Shown in pieces: positions 1-9,055 of a stretch of DNA of 64,000 nt (positions are counted from its first letter, which is position 1; each line of letters starts with the position of its first letter). The notes under the pieces are model-generated. The model was not told the DNA's origin and made no database searches. It worked only from the letters and a program-made list of their open reading frames with translations. Position numbers and translations under genes: made by a program. This DNA is from Flavobacteriales bacterium. GTDB taxonomy: Bacteria; Bacteroidota; Bacteroidia; Flavobacteriales_F; PHOS-HE28. Location: positions 44,519-108,518 of the forward strand of contig JAHDVX010000012.1 of the NCBI GenBank assembly GCA_023382455.1, written 5' to 3'.

Positions 1-3000
1 CGTGGCGATGGTGACGCTACCGCTGAGGACCAGGCTCGCGTTGTTGGCGCAGATGGTCTGGTCAGGGCCGGCGTCCGCCGTGGGCGCATCCGTGAAGGTG
101 ATCGTCATCTGGTCGCTGGACGCTGCGCACGCGCCGTTGCCGGTGGTGGTGAGCGTGAGCGTTACGCTGCCAGCCGCGATCTCAGCCGCCGTGGGCGTAT
201 ACACCGCGTTGGGGCTGGTGTTATTGGGGTTGTAGGTGCCCGCGCCGCCGCTCCACAGGATGCCCGTGGCAATGGTGTAGGAACCGGCCAGGGTGGTGGC
301 CGCGTTGTTCTGGCTCACCGATTGGTCGGGGCCGGCATTGGCCATGGGCGCCGGAGTGAAGGTCAGGGTGACGTTGTCGCTCACCGCTGCGCAGTTGTTG
401 TTGCCGGTGGTGGTGGCGGTCAGCGTCACCGAGTTGTTGGCGATCTCGATGGCCGAGGGCGTGTAGGTGATGTTCTGGGCGGTGCTGCCCGGGCTGTACA
501 GGCCGGTGCCGCCGCTCCACTGCACGCCGGTGGCCACGGTGATGGCCGCGTTCAGCACCGCGTTGGCGTTGTTGCCGCAGAGCGATTGGTCCGCGCCTGC
601 GTTCACCGTCGGCGCCGGCGTGATGGTGAAGGTCACCTGGTCGCTCACGGCGTTGCACAGGCCGTTGCCCGCGCTGGTGAGGGTGAGCGTCACGGTGCCC
701 GCGGCGATCTCCGCCGCGGTGGGCGTGTAGGTGGCGTTCAAGGTGATGCTGTTGGGGCTGAAGCTGCCGCTGCCGCCGCTCCACACGCCGCCGGTGGCGC
801 CGTTCACGGAGCCGTTCAGGCTGATGGCTGCATTGTTGGCGCACACCGTGCCGTCAGTACCCGCGTTCACGATGGGTGCGGGCGTGTAGGTGATGATGCG
901 CGTGTCGGTGGCGGGCGTGCAGGTGCCGTTGCCCGTGGTGGTCAAGGTGAGGGCCACCATGCCTGCGGCGATGTCGGCCGCGCTGGGCGTGTAGGTGGCG
1001 TTGAGCGTGTTGGCGTTGGGCGTGAAGATCCCCGAACCGCCGCTCCAGGTGCCGCCGGTGGCGATCATCACGCTGCCGTTCAGGGCCACGGCCGCGTTGT
1101 TGGCGCATACGGTCACGTCAGGCCCGGCATTGGCCGAGGGCGCATCGGTGAAGGCGAGCACCACCTGGTCGCTGGCCGCGTTGCACAGGCCGTTGCCCGT
1201 GGTGGTGAGCGTGAGTGTCACGTTTCCATTGGCGATCTCCGCCGCCGTGGGCGTGTACACCGCGCTCATGTTGTTGGCACCGGGGTTGTAGGTGCCGTTG
1301 CCGCCGCTCCACACGCCGCCCGTGGCCACGGTGAAGGCACCCGACAAGGTGACGTCGGGGTTGTTGGCGCACAGCGAACGGTCGGGGCCCGCATTGGCCG
1401 TGGGCGCCGGGGTGATGGTGAAGGACACCTGGTCGCTCACGGCGGAGCAGTTCCCATTGCCCACCGTGGTCAGCGTCAGGGTGACGCTGCCGGCGGTGCG
1501 TTCGGCCGCGCTGGGCGTGTACACCGCGTTCAGCGTGCCGCTGTTGGGGCTGTACGTGCCGGTACCGCCGCTCCAGATGCCGCCCGTGGCGCCATTTACC
1601 GTACCGTTGAGGGTGATGGCGGAGTTGTTCGCGCATACCGTGCCGTTCAGGCCGGCGTCCACGGTGGGGGCGGGCGTGAAGTTGATCACTTTGGTATCCC
1701 ATACCGCGAGGCAATTGCCATTGCCGGTACTGGTAAGCGTAAGGGTCAAGGTGTTCGCCGCCAACTCCGCCGCCGTGGGCGTGTAGGTGGCGTTCAGCGT
1801 GGTGTTGTTCGGGCTGAAGGAACCCGCGCCGCCGCTCCACACACCTCCGGTGGCACCGGAAACGGCACCGTTCAGCGCCACATTGGCGTTGTTCACGCAC
1901 AAGGTCACGTCAGCGCCCGCGTTCACCACCGGGGCGGGGGTGAAGTGCAGGGTCATTTGATCGCTGACCGCGAGGCAGTTGTTGTTGCCCGTGGTGGAGA
2001 GCGTGAGGGTGAGGTTGCCGCTGGCGATCTCCGCCGCCGTGGGCGTGTAGGTGGCCGTGGGGCTGGTGGCGCCGGGGCTGAAGGTGCCCGCGCCGCCGGT
2101 CCACACCACGCCGCTGGCCAGCGTGAAGCTGCCGTTGAGCGTGGCCGTCGGATTGTTGGCGCAGATGTTCTGGTCGGCACCGGCATTCACGGTGGGCGCC
2201 GGGGTGATGGTCCAGGTGATCTGGTCGCTTACGGCATTGCACAGGCCGTTGTTGGTGCTGGTCAGGGTGAGGGTCACCACGCCTGCGGCCTGTTCAGCCG
2301 CCGTGGGTGTGTAGGTGGCGTTCAATGTGTTGGCGTCGGGGCTGAAGGTGCCCGCGCCGGTCCAGGTGCCGCCGCCCGCGCCGGTCACGCTGCCGTTCAA
2401 GGGGATCGCCGGCAGGTTGGCGCACACGGTGCCGTTCGGTCCGGCATCCACCACCGGTGCCGGGGTGAAGGTGATCGTCTTTTGGTCGGTCACGGCCAGG
2501 CAGTTGCCGTTGCCCGTGGTCGTCAAGGTCAAGGTGAGGATGCCCGCGTTGATCTCGGCCGGGGTGGGCGCGTAGGTGGCGTTCAGGGCCGTGTTGTTCG
2601 GCGTGTAGGAGCCCAGGCCGCCGCTCCAGATGCCGCCGGAGGCCACGGCCACGCTGCCGCCCAAGGCCACGCTGGCATTGTTGGCGCACACGGTTGCGTC
2701 CGCACCGGCATTGGCCGTCGGGGCGCTGGTGAAGGTCAGGGTGACCTGGTCGCTCACCGCCACGCAGTTGTTGTTGCCGGTGGTGGTCAGGGTGAGCGTC
2801 ACGCTGCCGTTGGCCACTTCACTGGCCGTGGGCGTGTAGGTGGCGTTCACATTGTTCGCATCGGGGCTGAAGCTGCCCGCACCACCGCTCCACACGGCAC
2901 CGGTGGCCACGGTGAACGATCCCGCCAAGGTGGCCACGGGATTGTTGGAGCACAGGCTTTGGTCGGGGCCTGCATTCACCGTGGGCGCCGGGGTGATGGT

Positions 3001-6000
3001 CCAGGTCACGGGGTCGCTCACGGCATTGCAGCTGCCGTTTCCGGCACTGGTCAGTGTAAGGGTCACGGTGCCCGCCGTGCGCTCCGCGGCCGTGGGCGTG
3101 TACACCGCATTCAGCGTGAAGTTGTTCGGGCTGTAAGTGCCCGCCCCGCCGCTCCACACGCCGCCGGTGGCGCCGCTGACGCTGCCGTTGAGGTTCATGG
3201 CGGGCGCATTGGCGCACACCGTGCCGTCCGTGCCGGCATTCACCACCGGGGCCGGGGTGAAGGTGATCACTTTGCTGTCGGCCACGGCATTGCAGTTGCC
3301 GTTGCCGGTGGTGGTGAGGGTGAGCGTCAAGGTGCCGCCCGCCAGCTCCGCCGGGGTGGGCGTGTAGGTGGCGTTCAGCGTGGTGTTGTTCGGGGTAAAG
3401 GAACCCAGGCCGCCGCTCCATACGCCGCCGGTGGCCACGGTCACGCTGCCGTTCAGCGCCACGTTGGCGTTGTTCACGCACACGCTGGCGTCCGTGCCGG
3501 CATTCACCGTGGGGGCGGGCGTGAAGTTCAAGGTCACCTGGTCGGTCACCGCCATGCAGTTGTTGTTGCCGGTGGTGGTGAGGGTGAGCGTCACGCTGCC
3601 GTTGGCGATCTCGGCAGCCGTGGGCGTGTAGGTGGCCGTGGGGCTGGTGGCGTTGGGGCTGAAGGTGCCCGCGCCGCCGCTCCACACCACGCCGGTGGCC
3701 AGCGTGAAGCTGCCGTTGAGCGTGGCCGCCGCATTGTTCGAGCAGATGTTCTGGTCCGCGCCCGCATTCACGGTGGGCGCCGGGGTGATGGTGTAGGTCA
3801 CCTGGTCGCTTACCGCGTTGCACAGGCCGTTGCCGGTGCTGGTGAGGGTGAGGGTCACCGTGCCGGCCGCGCGCTCGGCGGCGCTGGGGGTATAGGTGGC
3901 ATTCAGCGTGTTGGCGTTCGGGCTGTAGGTGCCGGTGCCGCCGCTCCAGGTGCCGCCGCTGGCGCCGGTCACGCTGCCGCCCAGGCTGATGCCGGGCATG
4001 TTGGCGCATACCGTGCCGTTGGTGCCGGCATCCACCACGGGGGCCGGGGTGAAGGAGATCGCCACTTGGTCGGTGACCGCGTTGCAGTTGCCGTTGCCCG
4101 TGGTGGTGAGGGTGAGCGTAAGGATGCCCGCATTGATCTCGGCAGGCGTCGGGGCGTAGGTGGCGTTCAGGGCCGTGTTGTTCGGGGTGTACGATCCCGC
4201 GCCGCCGCTCCACACGCCGCCGGTGGCGATGGCCACGCTTCCGTTCAGGGATACGTTCGCGTTGTTGGCGCAGCGCGTCATGTCCGCACCGGCATTGGCC
4301 GTGGGCGCTGCCGTGAAGTGCAGGGTTACCTGGTCGCTCACGGCGTTGCACAGGCCGTTGCCCGTGGTGGTGAGGGTGAGTGTGACGAAACCGGCCGCCA
4401 CCTCCGCCGCGGTGGGCGTGTAGGTGGCGTTCATGCTGGTGTTGCCGGGGCTGTAGCTGCCCGCGCCGCCGCTCCACACGCCGCCGGTGGCCACGGTGTA
4501 GCTGCCGGCCAGGGTGGCCACGGCGTTGTTGGAGCAAATGTTCTGGTCGGGTCCGGCGTTCACCGTGGGGGCAGGCGTGATGGTCCACGTCACTTGGTCG
4601 CTTACGGCGTTGCAGGTGCCGTTGCCCGCGCTGGTGAGCGTGAGGGTCGCGGTACCTGCGGTGATCTCGGCTGCCGTGGGCGTGTACACCGCGTTGAGCG
4701 TGGTGTTGTTCGGGCTGTAGGAGCCCGCGCCGCCGCTCCAGATGCCGCCGGTGGCGCCCGTGATGGTGCCATTGAGGTTCATGGCGGGGGCGTTGGCGCA
4801 AACGGAGGCGTCCGCACCGGCATTCACCACCGGTGCCGGGGTGAAGGTGATGGTGCGGCTGCTGGAGGCGGGCAGGCAGGTGCCGTTGCCCGTGGTGGTC
4901 AGGGTCAAGGTCACCTGGCCCGCGGCGATCTCACCGGCCGTGGGCGTGTAGGTGGCGTTCAGGGTGGTGTTGTTCGGGCTGTAAGTGCCCAGGCCGCCGC
5001 TCCAGGCGCCGCCGGTGGCCACGGTCACGCTGCCGTTCAGGGCGATGTCGGCGTTGTTGGCGCATACCGAGCTGTTGGCCCCGGCATTGGCCGTTGGCGC
5101 CGCCGTGAAGGTCAGCAGTACTTGGTCGCTCACGGCACTGCACAGGCCGTTGCCGGTGGTGGTGAGGGTGAGGGTGGCGCTACCGCTGGCGATCTCGGCC
5201 GCACTGGGCGTGTAGCTGGCGTTCATGTTGGTGGTGCTGGGGTCGAAGCTGCCCGCGCCGCCGCTCCACACGCCGCCGGTGGCCACGGTGAAGCTGCCGT
5301 TGAGGGTCACCTCGGCGTTGTTGCCGCATACGGTGCGGTCCAGGCCGGCATTCACCGTGGGGGCGGGCGTGATGGTCCAGGTCACCTGGTCGCTCACGGC
5401 GTTGCAGGTGCCGTTGCCGGCGCTGGTGAGCGTGAGGGTCACGGTGCCCGCGGCGATCTCGGCGGCCGTGGGCGTGTACACGGCATTCAAGGTGGCGTTG
5501 TTCGGGCTGTAGCTGCCCGCGCCGCCGCTCCAGATGCCGCCGGTGGCACCGGTGACGCTGCCGTTGAGGTTCATGGCGGGCGCGTTGGCACATACGGAGG
5601 CGTTCACGCCCGCATCCACGATGGGCGCCGGCGTGAAGGTGATGGTGCGGCTGCTGCTCACGGGCGTGCAGTTGCCGTTGCCCGTGGAGGTGAGGATCAG
5701 GGTGACGCTTCCTGCGGCGATCTCACCGGCGGTGGGCGTGTAGGTTGCCGTCAAGGAGGTATTGCCCGGGGTGAAGGTGCCCAAACCGCCGCTCCAAATA
5801 CCGCCCGTGGCGCCGGCCACGTTGCCGTTCAGTGCGATGGCCGCATTGTTGGCGCACACCGAGCTATTGGCCCCGGCGTTCACCGAGGGTGCCGCCGTGT
5901 AGGCGATCACCACTTGGTCCACCACGGCGGCGCAGTTGCCGTTGCCGGTGGTGGTCAAGGTCAAGGTCACCGACCCGTTGGCGATCTCCGCGGCCGTGGG

Positions 6001-7470
6001 CGTGTAGGTGGCGGCCATGTTGGTGGTGCTGGGGTCGAAACTGCCCGCGCCACCGCTCCACACGCCGCCCGTGGCGATGGTGAAGCTGCCGTTGAGGTTG
6101 GCCACGGCGTTATTGGCGCACAGCGTCTGGTTGGCACCGGCATTGGCGGTGGGGGCGGGGGTGATCGTGTAGGTCACCTGGTCGCTCTCGGGGTTGCAGG
6201 TGCCGTTTCCGGTGGTGGTCAGGGTCAAGGTCACGCTTCCTGCGGCGATCTCCGCCGCGCTGGGGGTGTAGGTGGCGGTGAGGCTGTTGGCGTTGGGGCT
6301 GTAGGTGCCCGTGCCGCCGCTCCAAGTGCCGCCGGTGGCGCCGGTCACGCTGCCGTTCAGGCTGATGGCCGCCGCATTGGCGCACACCGTTCCGTTGGTG
6401 CCGGCATCCACGATGGGCGCAGGCGTGAAGGTGATGGTGCGGCTGCTGGTGGCGGGCAGGCAGTTGCCGTTTCCGGTGGTGGTCAGGGTGAGCGTTACCG
6501 AGCCGTTGCTGATCTCTGATGCGCTTGGCGTGTAGGTGGCGTTCAGCGTGGTGTTATTGGGGTTGTAGGTGCCGGTTCCGCCGCTCCAGATGCCGCCGGT
6601 GGCCACGGTCACACTGCCATTGAGGGCAATGGTCGCGTTGTTGGCGCATACTGAGCTGTTAGCGCCGGCATTGGCCGTGGGGGCAGCGGTGAAGTTGAGT
6701 AGCACCTGGTCGCTCACCACCACACAGTTGCCGTTTCCGGTGGTGGTCAGCGTCAAGGTCACACTGCCGTTGGCGATCTCGGTGGCCGTGGGCGTGTAGG
6801 TGGCGTGGAGGTTGGTGGTGCTGGGGTCGAAGGTGCCCGCGCCGCCGCTCCAGATGCCGCCGGTGGCCACGGTGATGGTGCCGTTGAGCGAGGCCACGGG
6901 GTTATTGGCGCACAGCGTTTGGTCAGGTCCGGCATTCACCGTGGGGGCCGGGGTGAAGGTCACGAGCAGGCTGTCCTTCACCGCGCTGCATACGCCGTTG
7001 CCGGTGCTGGTGAGGTAGATCCACATGGAACCCGCCGCCAGCTCCGCCGCCGTGGGCGTGTAGGTGGCATTCAGGTTGGAGTTGGAGGGCAGGAAGGGAT
7101 TGGCACCGCCGGTCCACACGCCACCCACGGCATTCAGCACGCTGCCTGCCAAGTTCACCGTGGGTGCGCTGGTGCACACCTGCTGGTCCGGCCCGGCGTT
7201 GGTGATGGGCTTGGGCTGCAGCGTAAGGATCATCTCATCGAACTCCGGCGTGCAGGGCCCGGTGGAGGTGAGACGCAGGGTGACGCCGCCCAGGGCGATG
7301 TCGCCGATGCTGGGCTCATAAGTGGCGTTGAGGGCCGTGGCACTGGGCTGGAATACGCCGCTGCCCGTGGTGGTCCAAATGCCGGTGGTGCTTCCGCCGG
7401 AGACCGTTCCGGTGAGCGATGCGGATTCCCCCGCACACAGGGTCTGGTCGGTACCTGCGCTCACATCGAT
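1..7470 (-). repeat. Coding tandem-repeat array. Unit ~264 bp (231-297), three unit types (TVNAG / TANAG / IVDAG) forming a ~792-bp higher-order repeat, >=9 supercycles
   Basis: Plus-strand antisense mini-ORFs in the track recur at 264/792-bp spacing (467, 1259, 2051, 2840, 3632, 4424, 5216, ~6008, 6800). Translated units are ~75-85% identical within type. Confidence 0.85.
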
Positions 7471-8865
7471 CTTCCCGGAGAATTCCGAGAAGAAGCCGTA
7501 GCGGCAGCCCGATCCGGCCCCGCCGTTGATCACGCCCAGGGAGAACACGTCCGAGGTGTTGGTGATCACCAGGCCTTGGTTCACCGGAACTTCGGTGGTG
7601 TTGTATTGGATGTGTGCGGCCATCCATTCACCACCGGTGCCGGGTACGGTCACGAAGGCCGAACCGGGTATGGTGGCCGTGCCCGGACCGGTCACTACGA
7701 AGTCGTTCTCCGAGCCGCTTCGCACCAGCAGGTTCAGGAAGAAGCCCTCGTTGGTGGAGCGCGTGATTCCCACCTGCTGGCTGCCCGCGCAGTTCAGTGG
7801 TGGCAGGATGGCCATGCCCATCTCACAGCCGAAGCCGGTGACGTGTATGGCGTACACCGGCTTGGAAGCGCTCATGTAGGTGGCATTGTTCGTGGCGCCG
7901 CTCAGGTAGTCCATGTCGTGCCGGTAGTACTGGCCGGCAAAGAGCGTGGCCACCGGCGTGGGGTTCCCGTCGATGTAGATCTTGGTGTTGTTCTCAACGG
8001 CCATCAGGAACACGGATTCGTCACCCGTGGCATAGAGAGATCCTTTCACGGCGACATAGTCGGTACCCAGGATGTTCACCGGCACGATCTGGTCCATCAT
8101 CAGGTCGTAGCAGCCGCCGCTGGGGTTGTGGTCGCTGTCGTCCTTGATGGTGATGGCGATGGGCTTGTCCGCAAGCACGGCGGCACCCGAGGGGTGCTTG
8201 GTGGGGTCGGTGTAGGTGGCGTAGAGCGTGTTGGCACAGGAGTAGGTCTGGCCTCGGTTCAGGGTCACCACGAAGGGGACCAGGCCGGGATGGCCGTCCA
8301 CGTCCACCGGCGAATTGATGAGCACCGTGGTGTTGTCCTCCGTGGCCACGATGTCAAAGGAGGCGAAGGCCTTGTTCGCGTTGTTGCCGAAGTCGTGGTT
8401 GTGGAAGGGCGCGTGCTTGTGCAAGGGGATGTAGAACTCGGTGCCCAGGCCGTTGGCGCCTTTCAGGGCGACGATGTCCGGATTGTTCGTGTTGCTGCTC
8501 TCGTAGTAGCAGGTGATGTCCTCCGTGGAGGTGATGTGCAGGCCCGTGTTGCACACCGTGTTGGTCGGGCGGGTCTCCAACTGGGTCCGCAGGCTGGTCA
8601 TGTTATAGCGCACCGAGCTGTTGGCCGGCACGTTCAGCACGATGGGGCTTCCCCCGTTGAACCCCGGGTTCGCCGGCTGGGCAATGGTGACCACGGCCGC
8701 CGCGTTGCCCGCGGTCACGTTGAAGAAGATCGGTTCGTCGCCCGGGGTGTTGTGCAGACTGGTCACATCGGGGGGTGCCACCCAGAACTCGGTGCCGGTC
8801 TGGGCCAGCAACAGGTAGGGGAGGCATATGCTCAGAAGGACCTGGAGAAATCGCTTCTTGTTCAT
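1..8865 (-). CDS. Giant repetitive cell-surface protein (SprB / CHU-large-like adhesin), 5' end in window and C-terminus beyond window start. Signal peptide, ~470-aa N-terminal domain, then >=28 tandem ~88-aa Ig-like repeats
   Basis: Manual reverse-complement translation from the ATG at 8865-8863 (minus) is stop-free to position 1, ~2955 codons. N-terminus MNKKRFLQVLLSICLPYLLLAQ is a signal peptide. Repeats carry the motif PAPTVNAGPDQ.LCANN..LNGS.TVATGG.WSGG.G...P....LNATYTPTAAEIA.G.VTLTLTTTGNG.C. Not in the ORF track because there is no stop inside the window. The 2065-aa plus-strand ORF 322..6519 is its antisense artefact. Confidence 0.85.
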   Translation of the reverse strand, partial: MNKKRFLQVLLSICLPYLLLAQTGTEFWVAPPDVTSLHNTPGDEPIFFNVTAGNAAAVVTIAQPANPGFNGGSPIVLNVPANSSVRYNMTSLRTQLETRPTNTVCNTGLHITSTEDITCYYESSNTNNPDIVALKGANGLGTEFYIPLHKHAPFHNHDFGNNANKAFASFDIVATEDNTTVLINSPVDVDGHPGLVPFVVTLNRGQTYSCANTLYATYTDPTKHPSGAAVLADKPIAITIKDDSDHNPSGGCYDLMMDQIVPVNILGTDYVAVKGSLYATGDESVFLMAVENNTKIYIDGNPTPVATLFAGQYYRHDMDYLSGATNNATYMSASKPVYAIHVTGFGCEMGMAILPPLNCAGSQQVGITRSTNEGFFLNLLVRSGSENDFVVTGPGTATIPGSAFVTVPGTGGEWMAAHIQYNTTEVPVNQGLVITNTSDVFSLGVINGGAGSGCRYGFFSEFSGKIDVSAGTDQTLCAGESASLTGTVSGGSTTGIWTTTGSGVFQPSATALNATYEPSIGDIALGGVTLRLTSTGPCTPEFDEMILTLQPKPITNAGPDQQVCTSAPTVNLAGSVLNAVGGVWTGGANPFLPSNSNLNATYTPTAAELAAGSMWIYLTSTGNGVCSAVKDSLLVTFTPAPTVNAGPDQTLCANNPVASLNGTITVATGGIWSGGAGTFDPSTTNLHATYTPTATEIANGSVTLTLTTTGNGNCVVVSDQVLLNFTAAPTANAGANSSVCANNATIALNGSVTVATGGIWSGGTGTYNPNNTTLNATYTPSASEISNGSVTLTLTTTGNGNCLPATSSRTITFTPAPIVDAGTNGTVCANAAAISLNGSVTGATGGTWSGGTGTYSPNANSLTATYTPSAAEIAAGSVTLTLTTTGNGTCNPESDQVTYTITPAPTANAGANQTLCANNAVANLNGSFTIATGGVWSGGAGSFDPSTTNMAATYTPTAAEIANGSVTLTLTTTGNGNCAAVVDQVVIAYTAAPSVNAGANSSVCANNAAIALNGNVAGATGGIWSGGLGTFTPGNTSLTATYTPTAGEIAAGSVTLILTSTGNGNCTPVSSSRTITFTPAPIVDAGVNASVCANAPAMNLNGSVTGATGGIWSGGAGSYSPNNATLNAVYTPTAAEIAAGTVTLTLTSAGNGTCNAVSDQVTWTITPAPTVNAGLDRTVCGNNAEVTLNGSFTVATGGVWSGGAGSFDPSTTNMNASYTPSAAEIASGSATLTLTTTGNGLCSAVSDQVLLTFTAAPTANAGANSSVCANNADIALNGSVTVATGGAWSGGLGTYSPNNTTLNATYTPTAGEIAAGQVTLTLTTTGNGTCLPASSSRTITFTPAPVVNAGADASVCANAPAMNLNGTITGATGGIWSGGAGSYSPNNTTLNAVYTPTAAEITAGTATLTLTSAGNGTCNAVSDQVTWTITPAPTVNAGPDQNICSNNAVATLAGSYTVATGGVWSGGAGSYSPGNTSMNATYTPTAAEVAAGFVTLTLTTTGNGLCNAVSDQVTLHFTAAPTANAGADMTRCANNANVSLNGSVAIATGGVWSGGAGSYTPNNTALNATYAPTPAEINAGILTLTLTTTGNGNCNAVTDQVAISFTPAPVVDAGTNGTVCANMPGISLGGSVTGASGGTWSGGTGTYSPNANTLNATYTPSAAERAAGTVTLTLTSTGNGLCNAVSDQVTYTITPAPTVNAGADQNICSNNAAATLNGSFTLATGVVWSGGAGTFSPNATSPTATYTPTAAEIANGSVTLTLTTTGNNNCMAVTDQVTLNFTPAPTVNAGTDASVCVNNANVALNGSVTVATGGVWSGGLGSFTPNNTTLNATYTPTPAELAGGTLTLTLTTTGNGNCNAVADSKVITFTPAPVVNAGTDGTVCANAPAMNLNGSVSGATGGVWSGGAGTYSPNNFTLNAVYTPTAAERTAGTVTLTLTSAGNGSCNAVSDPVTWTITPAPTVNAGPDQSLCSNNPVATLAGSFTVATGAVWSGGAGSFSPDANNVNATYTPTASEVANGSVTLTLTTTGNNNCVAVSDQVTLTFTSAPTANAGADATVCANNASVALGGSVAVASGGIWSGGLGSYTPNNTALNATYAPTPAEINAGILTLTLTTTGNGNCLAVTDQKTITFTPAPVVDAGPNGTVCANLPAIPLNGSVTGAGGGTWTGAGTFSPDANTLNATYTPTAAEQAAGVVTLTLTSTNNGLCNAVSDQITWTITPAPTVNAGADQNICANNPTATLNGSFTLASGVVWTGGAGTFSPGATSPTATYTPTAAEIASGNLTLTLSTTGNNNCLAVSDQMTLHFTPAPVVNAGADVTLCVNNANVALNGAVSGATGGVWSGGAGSFSPNNTTLNATYTPTAAELAANTLTLTLTSTGNGNCLAVWDTKVINFTPAPTVDAGLNGTVCANNSAITLNGTVNGATGGIWSGGTGTYSPNSGTLNAVYTPSAAERTAGSVTLTLTTVGNGNCSAVSDQVSFTITPAPTANAGPDRSLCANNPDVTLSGAFTVATGGVWSGGNGTYNPGANNMSAVYTPTAAEIANGNVTLTLTTTGNGLCNAASDQVVLAFTDAPSANAGPDVTVCANNAAVALNGSVMIATGGTWSGGSGIFTPNANTLNATYTPSAADIAAGMVALTLTTTGNGTCTPATDTRIITYTPAPIVNAGTDGTVCANNAAISLNGSVNGATGGVWSGGSGSFSPNSITLNATYTPTAAEIAAGTVTLTLTSAGNGLCNAVSDQVTFTITPAPTVNAGADQSLCGNNANAVLNAAITVATGVQWSGGTGLYSPGSTAQNITYTPSAIEIANNSVTLTATTTGNNNCAAVSDNVTLTFTPAPMANAGPDQSVSQNNAATTLAGSYTIATGILWSGGAGTYNPNNTSPNAVYTPTAAEIAAGSVTLTLTTTGNGACAASSDQMTITFTDAPTADAGPDQTICANNASLVLSGSVTIAT

Positions 8866-9055
8866 CTGGGTTGGATGGCTCTCGGGGTATGGCCCTTCTT
8901 TACGGTGGAACACGTGGGTCGGGTTTCATTCGTCGAACATTTCGGCATGTTGGGCGAATTGCCGGTTCGGCGGTGTGCAGGGTGTCAACCCGCTCCGGCC
9001 CGGTCCCGATGGCGCACGGGTTCATGTACCTTTGATCTTCCCTCAACCCGCCGGT

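Noticed and set aside
322-6519. 2065-aa plus-strand ORF (G/R/A-rich)
   Set aside because: Antisense of the giant minus-strand repeat gene. Composition is non-protein-like (poly-G/R/A, no hydrophobic cores), and the periodicity arises from the opposite strand. High-GC repeat DNA lacks stops in several frames.
1-7470. Possible CRISPR array because of regular tandem repeats
   Set aside because: The period is 264 bp with no unique spacers, and the repeats are coding (a clean ORF of protein-like Ig-type units). Not CRISPR.
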